Of a stretch of 57,002 bases of DNA, positions 42,501 to 49,410 are shown piece after piece; position 1 is the stretch's first letter; every line of letters starts with the position of its first letter. This stretch comes from a virus (taxonomy: Duplodnaviria; Caudoviricetes): IMG/VR virus record IMGVR_UViG_3300032193_000091, positions 1 through 57,002 of that record; one strand, 5' to 3'. The position numbers were made by a program, and so were the translations under genes. The notes under the pieces are model-generated. The model did not search any database and was not told the origin of the DNA. It saw only the letters and a list, made by a program, of their open reading frames with translations.

Positions 42501-43163
42501 TGGTTTTTCCTTAGCATCCTTGGAGATGATGGTGTTGAAGATGAACTTAATCGAACTCTTCGTACCCTTTGCCTTATAGAACTTATTAATGTTCTTGATA
42601 AGAGTTCTTTTGTCAACTTCACCCTTAAGATACTTCTCTGGGAAAGAACCTAAGTATTGCGATTCAAAATTCTTGACAAATGCATACAGGAAAAGGTTAC
42701 TAACGTTGTAAACCTTTGCACCATAATTATGACTTGCTGCATCTGTGCTTGTAAAAGTGCTAGACTCATACAAGTCGCCTAGCGATGTATTGCCGCTTAC
42801 TCCTCTGTGGCAATTTCTAAATTCTGTTTCTGTTCTAGTCTCATAGAACATGATCTCATCATTGATTCTGATGTAACCATTCTTCTCTGGGAATGAAGAT
42901 GCATCATCAACAACGATGATTGTTTCAGTAGCATTAACTGTTACTGATAGTTCTGTATACTGCTTTAGAAGACTTTTCTCATAATAATCGATATCAGCGT
43001 ACTTCTGGATATTGTTGATAATATCCAAAGTGCCACCTTGCACCTCCTGTGCTTCATAATACTTCTCTACAAACTTGCTAAAAAGTTCGTATTCAGAAGA
43101 AATGAATTCAGGAAGCTGCGACTCAATTAGAGTTGAAATTCTCTTAGTCTTTACAGCAGGCAT
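30591..43163 (-). CDS. gp7: giant baseplate wedge initiator gp7 (4190 aa)
   Basis: Position between gp6 and gp8; N-terminal ISTLIESQLPEFI...YY; FYKAKGT; YHYH-like HSPIIGFAYDGNPIYGPYG...LDENNGRF; DSFFYQDYSYVVKS...HPAGFKLFG. Confidence 0.88.
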   Translation of the reverse strand: MPAVKTKRISTLIESQLPEFISSEYELFSKFVEKYYEAQEVQGGTLDIINNIQKYADIDYYEKSLLKQYTELSVTVNATETIIVVDDASSFPEKNGYIRINDEIMFYETRTETEFRNCHRGVSGNTSLGDLYESSTFTSTDAASHNYGAKVYNVSNLFLYAFVKNFESQYLGSFPEKYLKGEVDKRTLIKNINKFYKAKGTKSSIKFIFNTIISKDAKEKPEVYNPTDFTLKSSDSDWTNIYALKVKVISGDVNDLIGNVVVQEETAEYGYVSATVDNVIGDITADGEAIVNLVLAPETVTGEFAISTKTSLTKTLSNTTGIGKRVNVFSTIGWKEKGEILIGEEVISFNDKNVTQFTIERRGDITYTHEEGTPVYKPVIIKGANVELVTLGVVYDFQITDAQPYSYPNDKVQISIPGFQTADNKITQTGSNIYRWILNNNLPIKIPTKPTLEAQLSSVSSDVSAIFADDQYYYITSSSFPSYEIFKEGVLDNQPIKDQKLLRILRKEAIKTTEKYATPKSEVGLLLNGVRLYGYKDEESVRYGNLESVSVVEQGSGYAKPPFVLVDGVPDLVQANLSGSVIESYTVTSQKVFPVVPTIEVTSGRGAIVRAVVTGDKVTSLIIDNAGEFYSSPPTVRITDNNGKGRFADFTAIVDVDGRITGFEKNAEGVFYNQNTVRVDIIPVGSGAKAQVELTEWNFNRYEKYKSVMDDQNGYVFENFNISYEYGYGQFANPKAFRYALNDNITANNQETGSLTHSPIIGFAYDGNPIYGPYGFEDPLDATTGIARMTSSYVLNATRRGGPGTNQYPLGTFTNDYTYRHKNGSLDENNGRFCVTPDFPEGVYAYFTTINSDQVPQFPYILGKNFYSLPVDSNYNSNINQNDIPKKSRRLNELGMPGNGEGVIAEIGSVKPGTVDNVTVERSANVFSVNSKLYFDNKGTDGFQAEALVESVKGQPVEYIDSYENKVVKLTTIQNAYLFEDDTLRQPSSNASGVIVGEVRNDNQIVLKDVIGTFDNTGTFSADIKTFFILLDQKSSYTKGAILSLTDGVNPAVAKGEILNGTSSQNTVEIKVTEGDWVPLNQGRITATSILPNKQYRIVELGDTNWDQIGAGLQFQVGQEFTSNANEPTGDGIAEEIGGDYFLQSSDFFNTSGSKPVVLTSLSDNLEPFEVNQSVALIETSNPHGLGIDDKITVDIRPDDSIKTKDYYVRKRLYQNVVLKTPEYESEISDTGIGAFQILNGGADYAPDTYADVALTGGSGTGATATIVVKNNVVSDLQVQGTHSGYRDGVYNNIVISGGDGEGLVASFTINNGEIVGNKVYVKTPGYNYVGGSFVITNDDLPDYIKVFDNDGLVTSTGLEIVATVSATVATVDITNKGTGYRKGDYLSVDDESLFRSSASRSTARLSIYVDHVGFAEGKRNLVLKSTTGLAIGDLIKIGSEILEVTSIDSPTEVTVNRGIEGSEDTNHYDGQAVTLYKAQYNFPENFQVGGLSTSGKVLTYDRDTQSVILVYNYGIERNTATSVQNSSTFFDGSTPARLVTVSSIESPNFKFEISEDNIVFTPNPNIQIQEFYRYKFDTSHSSLTGTYFDLSPSRAYNLITEEKLASTTLPGNEGAFTEVKFGFGPRIAENQYDTKVGTDFTTFYYFDKNGVVTSDDAYLELITDPLQGEKTVIYVTPTRIVYNVDSKPLWDGSGVITYTSKGAFSIGEINTIKVTNLGLNYKKVPVITGVDITPTYKATAEVEYDEKVQVITGITVTEGGSNYTNPVVVITDGDGQGARFKPSVTNGKISIIAVENAGKGYTYKPTVEIIESDTELYVDSNTIGVPQSIKIIRNGGAFHLDKTVASSFTSHFTVALKRPSSTETIGRFQKGEVVTQTNSAGREVFRAVVSEFKVGTNLLKLKQLQGIVRNNFPIVSVSNPTNRAAVKAVYSSTLTENITSSYDNAGFYNSARGKVSDRSQRITDSFFYQDYSYVVKSRTPIDQWRDLIKSTTHPAGFKLFGQVDIETDANTRMPAKMPRSGKASIIQLWNPEVNTITSDIKQRVVTQSIQKIENNRVRRGPGAIASSEFNFNEFRAYTIRVYNPTPGFYDDVLDDGKPWYAKNSFDGVDINDTAYTGANIKTVGTTRFQLRDSFDNPFVPAKVNNIFITLDGILQEPGVAYTIDGSDIVFAQAPLGDSEKLTGSRLGDVTEYNGMQFYGRYFAFKDTTSNDRYLRKIRNIFQRNGRWLDSANQIERNLDFIISESIGYGKEIHPTLDWSTKGSSYESDLRNILKAYEHDLRFGGNVKTVDYLSYFNEDNSYDYITDNKVPSLDIFRYATNLSKLAIRNWDIVVNNVNFIQGSRILTMADTNNVAVGMLISAGGAFPEGTRISSIDSEIQITLTRAALSNSGGGGGAPAGTTTFDGTTDGNTTSPTSTAAVEPGDTFIVDDGDTFSVPPSFSGSDTATFYFSGINTGTFYDAANLIAANKAYLQEEVSATIYNNYTLQTTVEKCARDLGYLIDAIVYHLKFGGTEQVVEFGRLYYTNAGYPYGETLTHINRSVEETAAAIAAWDLLVEKMTLAMRNSLGAGTYTNIAPVIDPDVAIDSLVPACANVASALGSYIQIVKDILAFGTGYVDATPQNLNSEGNWTSLRVYTNYNIIEDPLLPDSECADVISSVDSLFANVTDILNEESVSRSLPDYVDGETKEFELYWEDGTEVNSEEDEDFFITINAVLQQPKYNATYPGGDAYYIDRTVIPNKIVFDVAPIWDQDFGAKSIGEPTAVERVVGLGVGNYKRLTIDYNLVDGVRSGPFLILDMEDRSVQKIDEKEFLFVFVDGVLQREGYSYTISGPNIYFNVPITEQNDVDMRLLYGRDVGQILNIYDYSPNTYYIQGDITFTLDKSTTFATEAINKLARNDDNVSYSSWMQDKRYAGYRAIGSRSDGSAYDAPIGDIIDPYIFSEDGDIVTIKARFVVSQYHELVTNQLFTGRYRLLLASIADASITTEIVVNQIDRTITTDETGRIRLADRNGKWNATKLGRSYRKTFLPLNSGDTIKVDGESAYRKISALPSIVTSKDYSNSIPSNNSIFGIVGVEAYNGSTEGTGLSVVPIMETVEDEDGNKVLTGRIERLEWNQRNYNPNTQPTAYQYYTPPIIQFIPEDGNGGGAQAEVLTLGGHILSVDLINPGSGYTSAPKTVVARGYDILVERDIAVSLVTIGIQPKLDADLRTITSEISIASLPVPLAFTSSAIIADSPRAIFKALTAIIQVEEDGNFKEGLDARVVQPLTKFTDTKNKKVQTYLVDMFLGQNEYVSIASTRTPFVKSVSITQTARKLTTQSQKRIFNDSLGNFNYYETGAYLDLDMTATDTVAYIADTSKFETNGYLMIGDEVVRYYRKLTDRFLSLQRGVDGTTPKPWLAGTFLKQIPKKVEVVSGGVAAIQSVASVRVKEIDSEVKFNEDNEFAKWFEPAPVSVEQKATLNERVITAQIQSVQAIDSLSYVTAKTQRKTDIGARKVIGLFSSLQADRTIIRGELQRQDIFFPAPVVTQTVVTAAAHKAITTEVTLLNVFSESVTVKPYASFEKLDSLAWKETLIEQDIKKEAVVPDVKITQIYAKATVRPTVSSTSQISIISEAISIAPKESFSAIESLAWNETLVKRDIKKEAIQIVDWKVTQTIVKAQVRPSIVSTNTTFLTRTEAITTRPSETFVSIDSLTHYTQPDRLEIQKADINLYDWRVEQTIVKATLRPSITSTNRVDIISEALSIAPQASEAAFGEMYYYKQPDRLEIQKADINLVDWKVTQTIVKAQVAPTVTSTSQISIVSDALSIAPKDSIASFNSLSVGATEVKADIKKDAVQIVDWKIAKTIIKSQVRPTVLATVQANIVTESGGAAGAGAINSEARFESLTRDNIEIKVDIKKSAVRLADWKVSHKQIRSSLAPTISSVSASSIEADAITTRPQESGIFADSVVRTTVNHVEELHHISIQHEVVHNGPTELLRIHPGTGVVDGFVESIFLSDPVPTRDGGSVDITDDHDVLQRDGDLIDVINQLFGSSGSGDYLGNYTTGNAGPTLRNWNYVGYDDGSANASGVSIERFSALFPQMTLADFEDRPNSSYTINGDYFNLANPSIQNAIAITSQTGLISGTIAVDNSGDPGAEPTKYFLDSGYLFTSGGSIIQYTSKTGTTFDGCTVYSGPTTISAGDEMINIEVD
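31330..32500 (-). repeat. about six tandem 62-66-aa repeats (186-198 nt) near the gp7 C-terminus
   Basis: Consensus (D/E)I(K/Q)K.....DWK(V/I).QTIVKA.VRP.I.ST.....I.SEA.SIAP; near-identical DNA at about 31852 and 32041 (189 nt apart). Confidence 0.85.
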
Positions 43164-43167
43164 TTAC

Positions 43168-44964
43168 TTACTCTTTGTATGCAGTGAACGAGGAATTAGC
43201 AACGTCAACGTCAAGATAAACCTCGCGGAGTGCCTTGATATCATTAGAAAGTGGTTTCACAGTAACTGAGATACGGTTATCAAAATAACTACCTTTGATG
43301 ATAGTTAAATTATACATCTTGAGCTCACCTCTATCATAGTCAATATCACCGACTTCCTTGTCTAGAACGACTTTTTCACCTGTTGCGGTATCTAGTCTAT
43401 ATAGGACAATTTTGCCATCCCTATCTTCGAGATAGACATCAAAATTAGGATATTCAGTAACTCTAAACCCTGTTGTAGAAAGGGTTGCACCATCGCAGTC
43501 TTTATCGAAGGAATTCTGGAAACAAACTTCGTAATAGAACGTAGAATTCAACTGTGGATAGAAATCTTTTCTCATTCTGACTGAAGTCAAGTTAGAGTTA
43601 ATCGATCTGTCTGCATCATCGATTACACCAGTAAATTTACTGTGTCTAAACTTACCGTTGAACTTCTCAGTGTCTGATGTGTCGATATAGTCTTGTACCG
43701 ATCCAATAACTTTGTCACGGATCTGTGTTGGTGTCTGATCTGTCTTACCACCATTATAATAAATCTTACTTTCCATCTCAACATACAGTACAGATGGATC
43801 TACGATCACTGGGGTAACAGAAGCAACTGAATATTTCTTCAGTTCATCAACAATTTGCTTTTTGGTAACACTTGTTACATAAGTAGCATCCTTCGGTTTC
43901 AGTACAATGAATACTCTGCCATACTGAGGAGGATCTGCTTCTTCACCGCCGTAGATAATGATATCACTGGTAGCAGGATAGATCTTTCTGATGATAGATC
44001 CGTAGTCATTTGATGTTACTGCTCTATCTTGTGATCCATATGCTTTAGGAGCGTTAAACTTGATCTTACTAATAGACTCCAGTCCTTCGCCTCCAGAGGC
44101 AGGAACAGTCGAATCGATAGTTATATCAAAAGAGTTAGGAGAGACCCCTTGTGGGTTCTCCAGGACGCCAGAGAAGACGAATGTACGTACACTATTGCTC
44201 TCTGGACCAGAAGTGGTTAGGTAAGACACTTCTACTCTCGCACCATTGTCAAGTTTCTTGCCTAACACACCATCGCCAAAAACTAGTTCGTATCTTTCAT
44301 CTTCGATCTCGTCTAGAAAGAATACTTTAGAATCTTGATCTACATCTAGAATATTATCTGATACTAGATATGGTTCACTGAACGATCCACCAGTAGGGAA
44401 TACTTTTGCTCTTACTGTATTGGTGTCAATGTTCTGGTTGTCAAGAATAAACCTTTGTGACTTCAGTGATGTGTTAACAGTGTAAGTGTTTGTTAGAAGA
44501 GTTCCTTCATATACAGGAACTTCTTCGAAAATTGCTCTTTGATTTGATACTTGTGCCTTTACATCATCAAGAACAACATATTGATATGTTGTATTGTCAT
44601 ATGACGCAACAAATCCTGTTCCTTTCTTCAGTAGGAGTTCAGTATCAGTTGTTGCGTTATTGTAATTGACTGTAAAGTCAATATAAGCAACGGGAGCTGT
44701 GATGCTCTTGGGTCTGTAACCCAGTTGCTTTGCCAGAGCAACCACATTGTCCCTCAGGGTGGCAGAATCAATGAATAGTTCATTGACTACCATGTTAGTG
44801 TTAAACGCCGTATAGTAGGTGTTATAGGCGAGTGTGTCGATCAGCGTTGATAACGCAGATCCTTCAAAGTCATAGTCAGTAAAATCTGACTGCGCTCTAA
44901 GGTACTCCTTCAGAGCAGACTTGATATCTTCAAAGTCTAAATTAGCAACTTGAGTGTATGGCAT
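43168..44964 (-). CDS. gp6: baseplate wedge subunit gp6
   Basis: LDFEDIK...FTDYDFEGS...LAYNT; QDRAVT..DY; PPQYGRVFI. Confidence 0.95.
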   Translation of the reverse strand: MPYTQVANLDFEDIKSALKEYLRAQSDFTDYDFEGSALSTLIDTLAYNTYYTAFNTNMVVNELFIDSATLRDNVVALAKQLGYRPKSITAPVAYIDFTVNYNNATTDTELLLKKGTGFVASYDNTTYQYVVLDDVKAQVSNQRAIFEEVPVYEGTLLTNTYTVNTSLKSQRFILDNQNIDTNTVRAKVFPTGGSFSEPYLVSDNILDVDQDSKVFFLDEIEDERYELVFGDGVLGKKLDNGARVEVSYLTTSGPESNSVRTFVFSGVLENPQGVSPNSFDITIDSTVPASGGEGLESISKIKFNAPKAYGSQDRAVTSNDYGSIIRKIYPATSDIIIYGGEEADPPQYGRVFIVLKPKDATYVTSVTKKQIVDELKKYSVASVTPVIVDPSVLYVEMESKIYYNGGKTDQTPTQIRDKVIGSVQDYIDTSDTEKFNGKFRHSKFTGVIDDADRSINSNLTSVRMRKDFYPQLNSTFYYEVCFQNSFDKDCDGATLSTTGFRVTEYPNFDVYLEDRDGKIVLYRLDTATGEKVVLDKEVGDIDYDRGELKMYNLTIIKGSYFDNRISVTVKPLSNDIKALREVYLDVDVANSSFTAYKE

Positions 44965-45356
44965 TATCGAGTACGCTCTAGGAAGAGTTCTACATTTACA
45001 GGTGCATCATCCCTGCCTACAATAAAGTAACTCAACTCAACATCATATCCGTTATCCAACTCATTTGGAGTGCAGCGGATGTTGTCAACAGTAATCCTAG
45101 GTTCATACTTAGCAAGACAATTAGAAATCTCACCTCGGATAAGACCAGCACTACCATAATCTAGAGGTTCGAACAACATTCTAGTAATGTTCGATCCTAG
45201 ATCAGGACGAAATGGACGTTCTCCCTTTACAGTAAGAAGCAAGGCAGTAATCGACTGAGCGATAGCTGCCTTGTCTTTCACCTGTACTAGATCATCTGAT
45301 ACAGGATGCTTCTTAAATGTAACACTCAGATCTTTAAATGTCTGAAAGGAAGGCAT
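44964..45356 (-). CDS. gp25: baseplate wedge subunit gp25
   Basis: AIAQSI..LLLT..GERPFRPDLGS...LFEP...YEPRI. Confidence 0.95.
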   Translation of the reverse strand: MPSFQTFKDLSVTFKKHPVSDDLVQVKDKAAIAQSITALLLTVKGERPFRPDLGSNITRMLFEPLDYGSAGLIRGEISNCLAKYEPRITVDNIRCTPNELDNGYDVELSYFIVGRDDAPVNVELFLERTR

Positions 45357-45379
45357 TTAGGCACAGCATGGGCTGTTTT

Positions 45380-45386
45380 TATTTAT
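45380..45386 (-). promoter_or_regulatory. late promoter ATAAATA upstream of gp25
   Basis: Intergenic, about 23 nt before the ATG. Confidence 0.65.
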
Positions 45387-45605
45387 TCACTCCGTCCAAC
45401 GCTCTACGAAATCATCAAACCCACCTTTACCTCCACACGGGCGATCTAGGCGATTCTCTGGTACAGGATATAGTTCTTCCTTTTTCTGGTCTCTGCGCCT
45501 CTTCGAAGCAGCAGCAAGATACCTATCACTGTCAGTTTCAGTGATTAGTGTCATGCCCTCATCGATGAAACTTTGACTTTTATCTACTTTATGGTGATTA
45601 CCCAT
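45387..45605 (-). CDS. conserved hypothetical protein
   Basis: Start placed at MGNHHKVDKSQSFIDEGMTLITE, overlapping the upstream stop. Confidence 0.75.
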   Translation of the reverse strand: MGNHHKVDKSQSFIDEGMTLITETDSDRYLAAASKRRRDQKKEELYPVPENRLDRPCGGKGGFDDFVERWTE

Positions 45606-46110
45606 AGTATCTCCAGTGATTGTTTGGTCTTTCCCACCAGAAGTGAAGATCTTCCACTTCATCATTATAATACAGTGACACAAGGTCACTCTTATATTTA
45701 CTACCAATGTTTTCGCAAAGACTTAGTGTGTAGTAATTCTTCGGAACAAACTGTTCCATTACATTGGTAATCCAAGTGTAGTTCCCACCTCTGATGACAC
45801 CTGCCTCACACAAGACAAAGTTATCCCAATCTAGGACTAGATCAGCAAACTGAACCGAGAAGTTGACTTCGTAGTTAACTCTAGATTCATCTGGAAATGG
45901 TACATTGACTGCTTCAATGTGGTAACACTCCCCACCCTTTGATAAAGCATGAGACAAGTGCTGTGTGACAATTCCAGAATAGTCTGGTGACACACATAAG
46001 AAGCATGTCTTAGCAGGATCAATATCCCACTTTGCCATTTGAATTTGATACACCATCTGTTGGATGAGTGCCATCTCTTTGTCTTGTGAGATAAACAGGA
46101 GATCTTTCAT
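45598..46110 (-). CDS. phosphoribosyltransferase-fold-like protein
   Basis: FVLCEAGVIRGGNY resembles a degenerate PRPP-binding loop; C-terminal FWWE motif. Confidence 0.55.
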   Translation of the reverse strand: MKDLLFISQDKEMALIQQMVYQIQMAKWDIDPAKTCFLCVSPDYSGIVTQHLSHALSKGGECYHIEAVNVPFPDESRVNYEVNFSVQFADLVLDWDNFVLCEAGVIRGGNYTWITNVMEQFVPKNYYTLSLCENIGSKYKSDLVSLYYNDEVEDLHFWWERPNNHWRYYG

Positions 46111-46673
46111 CGTTCAATCATCATGTTGAAGGACAGGATAATTCTTTCCTTATCGCTCTGATTCACTTCAGTATAGTGATTACAGGCAGCAGGGAAGATA
46201 ATTAGAGAACCTTCAGTAATCTCATCGGGTTGATGTGTCATTGTCAATCCTTTCATGAAATCTCCAAAGGGAGAGACAAATGTTGTTGGAGTATGAACTT
46301 CTGGGTCAAACTCAATGAATAGCACTGCGCTATACCCAACAGAACCATGATTATGCACTGTATGGTTCATGCCATACATTGACCTTTCAAACCACCACCA
46401 CTGAGGGTGAATACTAGTACAACCAACAGCATCACCAAAACGATTGATATCACTTTCGATAATATCAACGACTGGTTGAAAACTCTCTTTTTCTTCTTTG
46501 TTGTAATTTGTAAGTACGTTATCCTTTAGGGACAACTCTTTCTGCTTATACAGTTCAAGGAGTTTTGGTTTTTTAAGATCCCAGTCCCGAATCTGCAACT
46601 TGAAGATCGGAACTGAGAACATTGGATATGCTTTGACATCCTCCTCGACTGCAGGAGTCGAGACCTCACTCAT
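46107..46673 (-). CDS. 2OG-Fe(II) oxygenase (TIGR02466-like)
   Basis: FSVPI; HTVHNH...SAVLFI; EGSLIIFP...HYT..N.S...RIILSFN. Confidence 0.88.
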   Translation of the reverse strand: MSEVSTPAVEEDVKAYPMFSVPIFKLQIRDWDLKKPKLLELYKQKELSLKDNVLTNYNKEEKESFQPVVDIIESDINRFGDAVGCTSIHPQWWWFERSMYGMNHTVHNHGSVGYSAVLFIEFDPEVHTPTTFVSPFGDFMKGLTMTHQPDEITEGSLIIFPAACNHYTEVNQSDKERIILSFNMMIER

Positions 46674-46816
46674 CGTCCTTGACCCCGATAACGCTTCTTA
46701 GCACCGTTACGAGAGGTTGCAGACAACTTGGTATGCTGTGATTTACCCTGGCGAGTCTTTTTTGGGGTAGAATCAATCATCTTACCGCCCATCAGACCAA
46801 CTTTGCTTCGTGCCAT
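46670..46816 (-). CDS. small basic conserved phage protein (48 aa)
   Basis: Below the ORF-track cutoff: MARAKVGLMGGKMIDSTPKKTRQGKSQHTKLSATSRNGAKKRYRGQGR; ATGA-coupled to the downstream gene. Confidence 0.8.
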   Translation of the reverse strand: MARSKVGLMGGKMIDSTPKKTRQGKSQHTKLSATSRNGAKKRYRGQGR

Positions 46817-46845
46817 AATTTAACTCAATTGACTTGTTTATTTTA

Positions 46846-47184
46846 CTAGATAGGTCCTTGACTGTCAACTGTAACGGTAAACGCTCCAGCAGACGCTACA
46901 ACCCCTGCAGGACCGACAGGAGAGGTTAGAAGACTTCCAATGACTGCCATCGGTGTCCCGTTCACCATAACGGTTGGAGAACCCGTGGAGATCACGTCAC
47001 TATGCAAGTCTGGCGGTACAGGAAGTGCCGCAAAATGTGGCACAGTAGTATCACCTACCTTATGGACGTTCCTACCGTTGATGATAACATTAGGGGATGC
47101 ACCAATGTATCCAACAGGAGACCAGGGACCATGACCTGTAGTCATATCCCATGGTGTATACAATGCGGGAGTATTAGACAACAT
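46846..47184 (-). CDS. PAAR-repeat spike tip protein (gp5.4-like)
   Basis: D.TTGH...ASPNVIING..VHKVGD....H...H...ISTGSPTVMVNGTPMAVIG. Confidence 0.88.
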   Translation of the reverse strand: MLSNTPALYTPWDMTTGHGPWSPVGYIGASPNVIINGRNVHKVGDTTVPHFAALPVPPDLHSDVISTGSPTVMVNGTPMAVIGSLLTSPVGPAGVVASAGAFTVTVDSQGPI

Positions 47185-48040
47185 TGAGTGGTACAGGAAC
47201 CTTTGGAGTATTTATTCCGTACTCCAACCGCTTAATCGCCGCATCCTGATCGTTCTGTACGGTCATATGCGCTGTGAAAGGAAAAGTGCCCGCGCTACTG
47301 ACAATCACTATGTCAAAGAACACTCTCAACTTCATAATGTCACTAGGTTTGTAACTAATAATATCGGAGCAACGCTTTAACCACTCCTCCATAACTGCAG
47401 CATCATACATATTCGCATCCACTGCAGTTAAGGGATAGAAGTTCTCGGCGCTTATGCTGCTGGGATACTTCTTAACTAACATCGAAGGATCAAACAATTC
47501 CCCCGCTGCTTCCTTCTTCTCAATAACTTCTAAAGTCTCGTAAAACACCCCTGCTCCCGAAACCTTGACAATGGCATTGGGTAATCTCAGTAACCATTCC
47601 CTATCATGGAAGTTACGTTCGCTGAAATACCCCTGTATCGTCACCAGAGGCGTCGGACCAGGGGAGGATGTACTATTCAGCACAAATGGTTCTAAGTACA
47701 GTGGTGCCGCCCACAGGGGACTCACAGGGATTTCAAAGTCGGTGTCAAAACTTCTGGTGGTATCAAATGTTGGAAGGGGTTCCTCCAATAAGCAGTAAGA
47801 TGGACCGTTCACTGTGAGACTTGTGATAACCTCATTCGGAAGTGTTGGGATAGCACTCACCTCTAACGCAAAAAACTGATAAGGTTTTACATACGTTGGT
47901 TCTGCGTCTGGAATGAGGTCTACAGTCGGTTTGAACTCATATGTACCAGCGGGCACTAGAAGCGTCTCCAGGGACCTCACAGCACTCGCTGGTAGAGGAT
48001 ATAGTCCTACTTCGAATCCATCTGTTAATACTGCTGCCAT
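47174..48040 (-). CDS. hypothetical protein (288 aa)
   Basis: Long ORF coupled to neighbours on both sides in the late operon. Confidence 0.75.
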   Translation of the reverse strand: MAAVLTDGFEVGLYPLPASAVRSLETLLVPAGTYEFKPTVDLIPDAEPTYVKPYQFFALEVSAIPTLPNEVITSLTVNGPSYCLLEEPLPTFDTTRSFDTDFEIPVSPLWAAPLYLEPFVLNSTSSPGPTPLVTIQGYFSERNFHDREWLLRLPNAIVKVSGAGVFYETLEVIEKKEAAGELFDPSMLVKKYPSSISAENFYPLTAVDANMYDAAVMEEWLKRCSDIISYKPSDIMKLRVFFDIVIVSSAGTFPFTAHMTVQNDQDAAIKRLEYGINTPKVPVPLNVV

Positions 48041-48270
48041 TAGACTGCCCTAGCGACCCTTAGCAAATCTTTTTTAATCCCTTCTACATTATTGTGAAGA
48101 TAGTCTAAAGTATCTGACAGTGTTTCGTACTCATTCGCCTCGGGGCGACGGTACGCTAGTGTCGGTCTCTCCAAGTTCGACACCCGTACTTCCAGACTCT
48201 CCAATCTCTGTAACAGCACTAGGAGTTTTTCCTCCAAGCTTGTCGGTTGCTGCTCTGACGACGTTTCCAT
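48040..48270 (-). CDS. coiled-coil hypothetical protein
   Basis: LESLEVRVSNLERP...YRRP...TLSDTLDYLH. Confidence 0.75.
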   Translation of the reverse strand: METSSEQQPTSLEEKLLVLLQRLESLEVRVSNLERPTLAYRRPEANEYETLSDTLDYLHNNVEGIKKDLLRVARAV

Positions 48271-48385
48271 TATTTGAATCTCCTCTCATGAATGATTCCG
48301 CTGCCTTCGTTTCGAACTCATCGCAAAATGCATCAAAGTTACTTAGAATGGCATCGAAGTTTTCAAAATCAACTTTCTGGGGCAT
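48131..48385 (-). CDS. hypothetical protein, first gene of the late block
   Basis: DFENFDAILSNFDAFCDEFE; ATAAATA at 48428-48434; overlaps the next gene by 140 nt. Confidence 0.65.
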   Translation of the reverse strand: MPQKVDFENFDAILSNFDAFCDEFETKAAESFMRGDSNNGNVVRAATDKLGGKTPSAVTEIGESGSTGVELGETDTSVPSPRGE

Positions 48386-48427
48386 TTTTTTCTGGCGGAA
48401 TTTTTTTATAACGGGACTTTACAACAA

Positions 48428-48434
48428 TATTTAT
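48428..48434 (-). promoter_or_regulatory. late promoter ATAAATA at the head of the late block
   Basis: Intergenic, upstream of the ATG at 48385. Confidence 0.6.
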
Positions 48435-48513
48435 CGGTCGTCTGGATACTTTTGTAGGTTAGGAAGGACCCGCACTTTTGGAAACCGCTTGGCGACCCTA
48501 TCTAACATTTAAG

Positions 48514-48533
48514 GGGGACAATTAACTGTCCCC
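48514..48533 (-). terminator. GC-rich hairpin ending the early gene cluster
   Basis: GGGGACA-N6-TGTCCCC; weak U-tract. Confidence 0.55.
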
Positions 48534-48561
48534 AGTGTTATCTACTGTGTGTCGCTAAGTG

Positions 48562-48894
48562 TCACTCATCGTCACCTAATTCCCACAGCATTTCGTTCAT
48601 CTCATCTGCATCGATTGCAGGATCATTCCATGCAACGCCATCGCCAGTCTTGCCGAGGAAACTACCAATCTGTCCCTCCATCATGCACCGCACAAACTTA
48701 TCCCAAGGCGTCTCCAATCCTTCTCTGTAGATTACACATGCCTTAGCAGTGTTGTAGAGAAACTCATCATTGTTGATCCAGAGAGATGCATTCCAGGTCT
48801 CGTAATTCGCCCAACCATTGTAAGTGTCACTGATAGGCACAACGGTGGCGTCAGGGTTAACGTCTTGCCACTGTTGCAGGAGGGTGTCAGTCAT
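48562..48894 (-). CDS. conserved phage early hypothetical protein
   Basis: YNGWANYETWNASLWINND...TGDGVAW motif. Confidence 0.85.
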   Translation of the reverse strand: MTDTLLQQWQDVNPDATVVPISDTYNGWANYETWNASLWINNDEFLYNTAKACVIYREGLETPWDKFVRCMMEGQIGSFLGKTGDGVAWNDPAIDADEMNEMLWELGDDE

Positions 48895-48932
48895 GTGATG
48901 AATGTGTGTGTGGTTAGTGTAGAGAAATGGGG

Positions 48933-49139
48933 TCAGCGACCGTACCCATAGCGGCGGGCGTCTCGCTCGTAACGGCGGCGGTCGTAGTCCTCTGCCGTGA
49001 AGTTGTCGTCAAAGTCGCCATCCCATGCCATGGGTTGCCCTGCCCTGCCCGTGAACGTGGCGAAGGTGGCACGGTGGCAGAACTGACGATCGTGGAGGTC
49101 CTGTGCCATGAGATAGTCAGAAGGTCGTTTGTTTGTCAT
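48933..49139 (-). CDS. hypothetical early protein
   Basis: Start placed at MTNKRPS, immediately after the TATACT -10 at 49146-49151. Confidence 0.7.
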   Translation of the reverse strand: MTNKRPSDYLMAQDLHDRQFCHRATFATFTGRAGQPMAWDGDFDDNFTAEDYDRRRYERDARRYGYGR

Positions 49140-49145
49140 GTGCCT

Positions 49146-49206
49146 AGTATAAGGGGTCAGCAGTGGGGAATGGGGGTGATGCTGTGCCAGTTCCTCAATC
49201 GAACAG
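49146..49206 (-). promoter_or_regulatory. early promoter with palindromic upstream box
   Basis: TATACT at 49146-49151; box TGTGCCAGT-N6-ATCGAACAG at 49183-49206 (plus-strand reading, second half degenerate), 31 bp away. Confidence 0.7.
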
Positions 49207-49410
49207 CAGGGCAGCGATTGCCTCAATGCCTGCCTCTTCTGCTTTGACGCTGACCCATGGCATGGGGTCACCCTTAGCGGGGCACTTCCAGATCACGGCA
49301 TCAACGCCTAGGGCAGCGGCGAGGGAATAGGCGTGGGACATATCGGTCGCCCACTCGCAACCGTGAGGGTCAAAACGTCCGAACGATTTCGGTTGTACTG
49401 CGATTGCCAT
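49195..49410 (-). CDS. hypothetical early protein
   Basis: MAIAVQPKSFGRFDPHGCEWA; has its own promoter upstream. Confidence 0.75.
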   Translation of the reverse strand: MAIAVQPKSFGRFDPHGCEWATDMSHAYSLAAALGVDAVIWKCPAKGDPMPWVSVKAEEAGIEAIAALLFD

